A stretch of 64,000 nucleotides of DNA from Candidatus Binatia bacterium (GTDB taxonomy: Bacteria > Desulfobacterota > Binatia > UBA9968 > JAJDTQ01), in contig OY762897.2 of assembly GCA_963666515.2 (NCBI GenBank), positions 800,001 to 864,000 on the forward strand, given 5' to 3'. Below are positions 58,753-64,000 of this stretch, in pieces. Positions within the stretch are counted from its first letter, which is position 1. Each line of letters opens with the position of its first letter. The notes under the pieces are model-generated. The model was not told where the DNA came from. It ran no database searches and saw only the letters and a list, made by a program, of their open reading frames with translations. The position numbers and the translations under genes are program-made.

Positions 58753-59574
58753 TCAGTCGTCGAAGAATGCGAGAGTCCGGATCTCGATGCTCTCCCGCGG
58801 CGGCGCGTCCGCCGGGGTGCTGGGGTGCTCGAAGGCGGAATGGGCGGAAAAGCGCGCCCGGCCGTCGGTCTTCGAGTCGTAGCACTTGAAGACGATGGCC
58901 TCGTCGGGCTGCATGTCCGGGAAGTAGTAGAACCGGTGGCCGGGGCTGTAGGTCAGGTGGTAGGTCTCGCCGAGCCGGTTGGGGTGGGGCCGCACGGTGG
59001 GGATGAGGTCCTCGGTGGCGATGCTCTGGGCGTCGCACATGGCCAGGGGATCCCGCAGCACCGGGTTCAGCATGCCGCGCCACACCTGGACCACCGCGAA
59101 GCGGCGCTTGAACAGATCGTCGGCCTCGTCGGGCAGCAGGTCGCGCACCCGTTCCGGGCCGGACCACTCGGTGTAGTCGTTGTGCACGTTCTGGACCGGT
59201 GCCTTGGCGCCCTTTTCCTCGTAGCCGGAGCGCAGGGTATGGTCGAAGATCAGCACCCGGCAGGCGCCGGTGTTCTCCTTGATCAGCGCCTCCATCTCGG
59301 GATAGTAGACCGCCCGGATCTCGTCCTCGTCGAAGAAGTCGGTCATCTTCGTGGGCTGGGGCCGCAGGGCGAAACCGTGGTGCTCAATGGAGAGCTCGGG
59401 GTGGTTGCGGCCGTTCCGGACCGAGGCCGTGTGGGTCTCGTACGTCCGGTCCTTGTGCGGATAGCCGAGGCTGGGCTTGTCCCAGGTGGTCACGGGCCGA
59501 GGGCCGGTGTGCACCATGTAGTTGAAGCTCGCTTCAACGGCGTCATCGAGAGTTTCCGCTACCGCTGTGGCCAT
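58753..59574 (-). CDS. CmcJ/NvfI (AsaB-like) oxidoreductase
   Basis: YYPEMEALIK, FDHTLR, VHNDYT, PLAMCDA, FKCYDS, HSAF, RESIEIR. Confidence 0.85.
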   Translation of the reverse strand: MATAVAETLDDAVEASFNYMVHTGPRPVTTWDKPSLGYPHKDRTYETHTASVRNGRNHPELSIEHHGFALRPQPTKMTDFFDEDEIRAVYYPEMEALIKENTGACRVLIFDHTLRSGYEEKGAKAPVQNVHNDYTEWSGPERVRDLLPDEADDLFKRRFAVVQVWRGMLNPVLRDPLAMCDAQSIATEDLIPTVRPHPNRLGETYHLTYSPGHRFYYFPDMQPDEAIVFKCYDSKTDGRARFSAHSAFEHPSTPADAPPRESIEIRTLAFFDD

Positions 59575-59664
59575 TGTGATCTCCTTCGGGATTCCGCTGG
59601 ATTCCCATTGGGCGACCGAGGGTCGTCCCTACCATCGCTAAAATCACACTGCTCGGACAGACTG

Positions 59665-60627
59665 CTAGCCCGCCAGCGCCCCCTGTTCCGCCCACGTGCG
59701 CTGCACTTCGCGGCTGGTGCTGATGAGGGCGAAGTGGGTGGCCATGTTCTTGAGCGAATAGCGCTGCAGGTCGGCGTCGTAGGCCGCCACGCAGTCTTCC
59801 AGCACCACGTTGTAGTAGCCCCGGGCGAACGCGTCCCGCACCGTGGCCTCGACGCAGCCGTTGGTGGCGGCGCCGGTGAACAGCAGCGTTTTTATGCCCA
59901 GGCGCCCCAAGGTCGAATCCATCTTGGGGTTGGTGAAGCCGCTGTGGTGCCACTTCTTGATCCGGACGTCCTCCGGCGCGGGCGCGACGAAGTCGCAGAC
60001 GTCCCATCCCGGTGTTCCCGGGACCGTGTACTTGGCGTTGGCCAGCCCCACCCGCGCGCGCCGCGCCAGGATCGGGCCGTTGTCGTGCTCGTTGTCGTTG
60101 GAGGTCTGGGTGTAGATCACCGGCACGCCCGCGGCCCGTGCCGCTTCCACCATCACTTTCAGAGGCTCGCGCATGGCCTCGACGAAGCTCAGATCTCCCT
60201 TCATGCGCGCGCCGCCGGGAGCGCAGAAGTCGTTCTGCACGTCGATGACCACCAGGGCCGTGTGCTCGGGCTTGACCGTGTCCGGCAGCTCGGTCCACAC
60301 CTCCTGCACCTGGGGCTCCCACATCTCTTCTTCGGGGTCGAACTCGAAGTCGGCGATCTCCCGGCTCTGGAAGATCGGCCGCCCGACCTCCTGCGCCACC
60401 TGCCGGTGCACAGGGTGGTCCACGTAGCGCCGGAGGGCCTCCGCGTCCTCGCAGATGGCCACCATGGCATAGTCGTAGTCGCCGTCGCGGCGCAGGTTGG
60501 GCCCCATGGACCAACTCAGCAGGTCCGGGATGGAGTCCTTCATGGAGTTGTAGCCCGCGATCATCCTGTCGATCTGCTCGGGAGATGCGTCCGGCTTCAG
60601 CTTGACGAGAACGACGTGCTTGATCAT
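59665..60627 (-). CDS. Dabb (stress-responsive alpha/beta barrel) domain fused to isochorismatase-family cysteine hydrolase
   Basis: N-terminal MIKHVVLVKLK..YVDHPVH; C-terminal IDVQNDF, IKK, ATNGCVEAT catalytic D-K-C. Confidence 0.82.
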   Translation of the reverse strand: MIKHVVLVKLKPDASPEQIDRMIAGYNSMKDSIPDLLSWSMGPNLRRDGDYDYAMVAICEDAEALRRYVDHPVHRQVAQEVGRPIFQSREIADFEFDPEEEMWEPQVQEVWTELPDTVKPEHTALVVIDVQNDFCAPGGARMKGDLSFVEAMREPLKVMVEAARAAGVPVIYTQTSNDNEHDNGPILARRARVGLANAKYTVPGTPGWDVCDFVAPAPEDVRIKKWHHSGFTNPKMDSTLGRLGIKTLLFTGAATNGCVEATVRDAFARGYYNVVLEDCVAAYDADLQRYSLKNMATHFALISTSREVQRTWAEQGALAG

Positions 60628-60675
60628 CGCAAACCTCCGAAGGGCTCCGGTGAAACTACGCGACGGTCAGGACGG

Positions 60676-60705
60676 AGAATATCCGATGACCCCGCTGCAA
60701 GTCAA
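60676..60705 (-). promoter_or_regulatory. Possible sigma70 promoter for the Dabb-hydrolase gene
   Basis: Minus strand TTGACT-N18-TATTCT. Confidence 0.4.
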
Positions 60706-60728
60706 TTTCACGGCCGCGACCGCGGCCT

Positions 60729-60953
60729 CTACACCGCTCAGCTTCCGCCGAAGCCGACGGTGACCCGACCGTCCTCGACGATGACCGGGACGTCGCGGCG
60801 GCCGTGGTTCAGGTCCATCATGCGCCGGAGGCCGTCCTCGTCTTCCAGCACGTTGACGTATTCGAAGGGAATGTTTCTGTCCGAGTAGTCCCGCCGGGCA
60901 CTCGCGGTGTAGTCTCAATGGTCGTGCCCGAAGATCGATACCTTGTCCGGCAT
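60729..60953 (-). CDS. Glutaredoxin-like UXX-star selenoprotein with two Sec (74 aa)
   Basis: MPDKVSIFGHDH-U-DYTASARRDY..FEYVNV..RDVPVIVEDGRVTVGFGGS-U-AV-stop; TGA at 60917-60915 and 60740-60738, each followed by a hairpin; missed by the ORF track. Confidence 0.85.
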
Positions 60954-61142
60954 GGGTTCGTCCTTTCCGGGGTCGTACCCGAAGGTTGTCCTTACCCCGT
61001 ACCGCCAAATGCGGTTCATGGCAAATCGAGGCGGAACGGTATCGACGACGAAAAAATCATTTGGGGGTTTCTTGCGCGGAAACTTGTGGTATGAAAGCGG
61101 GCTGAACGGCTGTCCTGCGCCGTCTGCCATGCGGGGAAATGA

Positions 61143-61928
61143 ATGGTTGAACGTTTCAAGGAACTCGGCACCATCACCTTCAGTCTCGTCCTCTTCACCC
61201 TGCTTTGGGAGGTGTCGGTGTGGCTGTTGTCGGTCTCCGAGTTCCTGCTGCCCGCGCCGTCGAAGATTTTCTGGACCATCATCGAGAAGTTCTTCCCCCT
61301 CATGCAGAACTGCCTCGTGACTTTCCGGGAAACCATATACGGGTTCCTCATGGGGCTCGTGCTGGGGGTGATCTCGGCCATCATGATCGTCTACTCCCGG
61401 TTGCTTCAGAATCTTCTCTACCCGCTGATCCTCGTGGCCCAGATCGTCCCCAAGGTGGCCATCGCGCCGCTGCTGCTGATCTGGGTGGGTTACGGCGAGA
61501 TGTCCAAGGTGCTCATCGCGTTCCTGGTGTCGTGGTTCCCCATCATCGTCACCACGGTCCAGGGCATGCGCATGGTGCAGCCCGAGATGCTGGACCTGGT
61601 CAAGTCGCTCCAGGCCTCGGACTGGCAGATCTTCGCCAAGGTCCGCCTGCCCAACGCGCTGCCGCACTTCTTCGGCGGCCTCAAGATCGCCATCACGCTG
61701 GCGGTCATCGGCGCCATCATCGGCGAGTTCGTCGGCGGCAACACCGGCCTCGGGTACCTGGTCATGGTCGCCAACTACGAGGTCAATACGCCGTTCATGT
61801 TCGCGGCCCTCGTCGTGCTGTCGATCCTGGGCCTGGTCCTTTACGGCGTTCTGGTGCTGCTGGAAATGTGGCTGATCCCGTGGAGCATCGACGAGGATGA
61901 GCAGGAGTTGACGGGCTTCGGCATGTAG
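61143..61928 (+). CDS. ABC transporter permease (NitT/TauT/SsuC family)
   Basis: LLPAPSKI, PKVAIAPLL, KVRLPNALP, GEFVGGNTGLGY. Confidence 0.92.
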   Translation: MVERFKELGTITFSLVLFTLLWEVSVWLLSVSEFLLPAPSKIFWTIIEKFFPLMQNCLVTFRETIYGFLMGLVLGVISAIMIVYSRLLQNLLYPLILVAQIVPKVAIAPLLLIWVGYGEMSKVLIAFLVSWFPIIVTTVQGMRMVQPEMLDLVKSLQASDWQIFAKVRLPNALPHFFGGLKIAITLAVIGAIIGEFVGGNTGLGYLVMVANYEVNTPFMFAALVVLSILGLVLYGVLVLLEMWLIPWSIDEDEQELTGFGM

Positions 61929-61993
61929 GCCGGCTCCGGGCGGATGGAGAACATCCGGCCGGCCGCGGCGTATCGAGTTTGGAACCGATTTCC

Positions 61994-62764
61994 ATGACGA
62001 ACGGGAAAGCCATCGAGGTCAGGAACCTCACCAAGGTCTATCCCTCCAAGGATGCTCCCATCGTGGCGCTGGAGGACGCCTCGTTCGAGGTCTACGAGCA
62101 GGAGTTCATTTCCCTCGTGGGCCACAGCGGCTGCGGCAAGACCACCATCATGAAGATCATCGCCGGGCTGCTCGACAAGACCCGGGGCGAGGTGCTGGTG
62201 AACGGCGCGCCGGTGACCGGACCCAAGTCGAGCACCGGCATCGTGTTCCAGACCCCGGTGTTGTTTCAGTGGCGCTCGGTCATCGACAACGTCCTGTTGC
62301 CGGTGGAGATCCTCGGCCTCTCCAAAGAGGAATACCATCCCAAGGCCCTGGAGTTGCTGGAGCTGACCGGACTCACGGAGTTCAAGGACAAGTACCCGCG
62401 GGAGTTGTCCGGCGGCATGCAGCAGCGCGCGTCCATCAGCCGGGCGCTGGTGCACGACCCCTCGCTGCTGCTGCTGGACGAGCCCTTCGGCGCCCTGGAC
62501 GCCATGACCCGGGGCGAGATGAACATGGAGCTTCAGCGCATCTGGAGCGAAAAGAAGAAGACCAGCCTGCTGATCACCCACAGCATACCGGAAGCGGTCT
62601 TCCTGGCGGACCGGGTGTTGGTGATGACGCCCCGGCCGGGCCGGATCACCGACATCATCAAGATCGGGCTGCCGCGGCCCCGGACCCCGGAGATGCGGCT
62701 TTCGGCGGAGTTCAACGACTGTGTCAGGCAGGTGGGAAAGACCATCGGCTTGCAGTATCTGTGA
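61994..62764 (+). CDS. ABC transporter ATP-binding protein (NitT/TauT family)
   Basis: GHSGCGKT, LSGGMQQR, LLLDEPF, ITH. Confidence 0.94.
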   Translation: MTNGKAIEVRNLTKVYPSKDAPIVALEDASFEVYEQEFISLVGHSGCGKTTIMKIIAGLLDKTRGEVLVNGAPVTGPKSSTGIVFQTPVLFQWRSVIDNVLLPVEILGLSKEEYHPKALELLELTGLTEFKDKYPRELSGGMQQRASISRALVHDPSLLLLDEPFGALDAMTRGEMNMELQRIWSEKKKTSLLITHSIPEAVFLADRVLVMTPRPGRITDIIKIGLPRPRTPEMRLSAEFNDCVRQVGKTIGLQYL

Positions 62765-62797
62765 TGGAACAAACTCTAACGCAGGGAGGTAAATGAA

Positions 62798-63802
62798 ATG
62801 AAACGCACATTCATCGCGCTTGCGATTTTCCTGCTGTACGTGACGAGCGTCGGCAGCGCCTCGGCCGCGGACAAGGTCAAGTTCGCGCTGGACTGGATCC
62901 CGTACGGCAAGCACGCCATGTACTACGTGAGCATCGACAAGGGGTTCTGGAAGGAAGCCGGCCTCGACGTGCAGATGACCCGAGGCTTCGGCTCCGGCGA
63001 CACCGTGAAGCGGATCGCCTCGGGCACCGACGACTTCGGCTTCGCGTCCGTGGGCAACATGATCGCGGCCATGTCGCGGGGCGCCGATCTCAAGATGGTC
63101 GGCATGGTCCACGACAAGACCCTGGAGACCCTGGCCACGCTGGTGGGAAACAAGATCACCAAGCCGTCGGACCTCGAAGGGAAAACCATCGGCTCGCCCG
63201 AGGCCAACGCCGCGCGGGTCATCTTCCCGGCCTTCGCCAACATCAACAAGTTCGATGCCGGCAAGGTCAAGTGGATCAACATGACGGTGCCCGCCACCGT
63301 CCCGAGCCTCCTGGCCGGACGGGTGGACGCCATCCTCATCTTCTACACCGAGAAGCCGACGCTGGACGCGGCCGCCGCGAAGGTCGGCAAGAAGCCGCTG
63401 TACCTGCTGTTCGCCGACCACGGCATGGCCACCTACGGCAACGGCCTGATGGTGTCCGGGAATACCCTCAAGAACAAGCCGGACCTGGTGAAGCGGTTCC
63501 TGGCGGCCACCTACAAGGGCATCGCCTGGTCGGTGGAGAACCCGAAGGAGGCCGTGGACATCTTCATCAAGCACAACCCGGCCATCAGCCCGGACCTGGC
63601 GCGGAAGCACTTCGACATCGCGGTGGACTCGCTTCTGTCAAAGAACGCCTTGAAGGAAGGCATCGGCCACATGACCACGGAACGGATGGCGTTCACCAAC
63701 GATCTCATCACCAAGCACATGAAGCTTCCGAAGAAGTCGGCGGTGGAGGACGTCTTCACCAACGAGTACCTGCCGAAGCTCTTCCCGAAGCGGGGCAAGT
63801 AA
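62798..63802 (+). CDS. ABC transporter substrate-binding protein (NMT1/THI5-like)
   Basis: Signal peptide; FALDW, KGFWKEAGLDV, DLEGKTIG. Confidence 0.9.
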   Translation: MKRTFIALAIFLLYVTSVGSASAADKVKFALDWIPYGKHAMYYVSIDKGFWKEAGLDVQMTRGFGSGDTVKRIASGTDDFGFASVGNMIAAMSRGADLKMVGMVHDKTLETLATLVGNKITKPSDLEGKTIGSPEANAARVIFPAFANINKFDAGKVKWINMTVPATVPSLLAGRVDAILIFYTEKPTLDAAAAKVGKKPLYLLFADHGMATYGNGLMVSGNTLKNKPDLVKRFLAATYKGIAWSVENPKEAVDIFIKHNPAISPDLARKHFDIAVDSLLSKNALKEGIGHMTTERMAFTNDLITKHMKLPKKSAVEDVFTNEYLPKLFPKRGK

Positions 63803-63853
63803 AAATCAGCCGGGCCGGCCCCAAGGGCCGCCTGGCAGCCGATCGAAGAGACG

Positions 63854-63886
63854 GGTGGGAGTCCGCCGCGGATGCGGACTCCCACC
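63854..63886. other. Strong intergenic hairpin (REP-like or terminator-like)
   Basis: ggtgggagtccgc-cgcggat-gcggactcccacc, 13-bp stem, no clear U-tract. Confidence 0.45.
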
Positions 63887-63923
63887 GTTGCGCCCTTACG
63901 CCGTTCGCCGGAAGGAAATCGCA

Positions 63924-64000
63924 ATGAGTGAACAATTCGTCAGCAACCAGGAGCTTGTCGTACAGGCGCGGCGCAACCTGCCCCAGCCCGTCTGGGACTA
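63924..64000 (+). CDS. Probable FMN-dependent alpha-hydroxy-acid oxidase, N-terminus (truncated by window end)
   Basis: MSEQFVSNQELVVQARRNLPQPVWD resembles the A+++LP..VWDY start of LldD/glycolate oxidase family proteins; only 25 codons visible. Confidence 0.55.
   Translation, partial: MSEQFVSNQELVVQARRNLPQPVWD

Larger units (their letters stand above)
49150..58753 (-). pseudogene. Giant (~2578 aa) protein with two sacsin-like Hsp90/GHKL ATPase modules, interrupted by an insertion element
   Basis: N-terminal part 58753-57956 (ELVQNADDA, GTFGIGLKSVF) and C-terminal part 56088-49150 (ELVQNADDA, GRFGLGFKSV) join in frame (NLER-L-VCVTRQ) when 56092-57958 is removed. Confidence 0.85.

Noticed and set aside
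57887-59167. 426-aa ORF as an independent gene
   Set aside because: Its first part is an alternate frame of the CmcJ-like gene; the real portion (from 58753) is the N-terminus of the interrupted giant gene running into the element

Overview
High-GC bacterial chromosomal window. The gene set (several amidohydrolases, ThDP enzymes, Mo-hydroxylases, an RRM RNA-binding protein, a UXX-star selenoprotein) suggests a Deltaproteobacteria/Binatia-like organism; this is inference only. Most of the window is catabolic and transport genes plus gltBD, a cold-shock-type RNA-chaperone cluster, several toxin-antitoxin islets and dispersed REP-like palindromes. Three things stand out. (1) A 1,867-bp element with no terminal inverted repeats, bounded by CTAG on both sides, has split a giant gene. 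It encodes a 535-aa protein with motifs resembling Rep_trans-type rolling-circle initiators plus a wHTH, has hairpins at both ends and a four-hairpin multibranch leader, and is a candidate unclassified rolling-circle-type transposon. (2) Removing that element restores in frame a ~2,578-aa protein with two sacsin-like Hsp90/GHKL ATPase modules, translationally coupled to a SNF2 helicase; the pair is a candidate defence system. (3) Three genes that the ORF track truncates or misses carry four in-frame TGA codons at Cys/Sec-type positions, each followed by a SECIS-like hairpin with a GG-starting loop: a rhodanese sulfurtransferase, a two-Sec glutaredoxin-like UXX-star protein, and a YccU-like CoA-binding protein. 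No rRNA, tRNA or CRISPR array was seen. All product calls come from motif recognition by eye; no database search was run.
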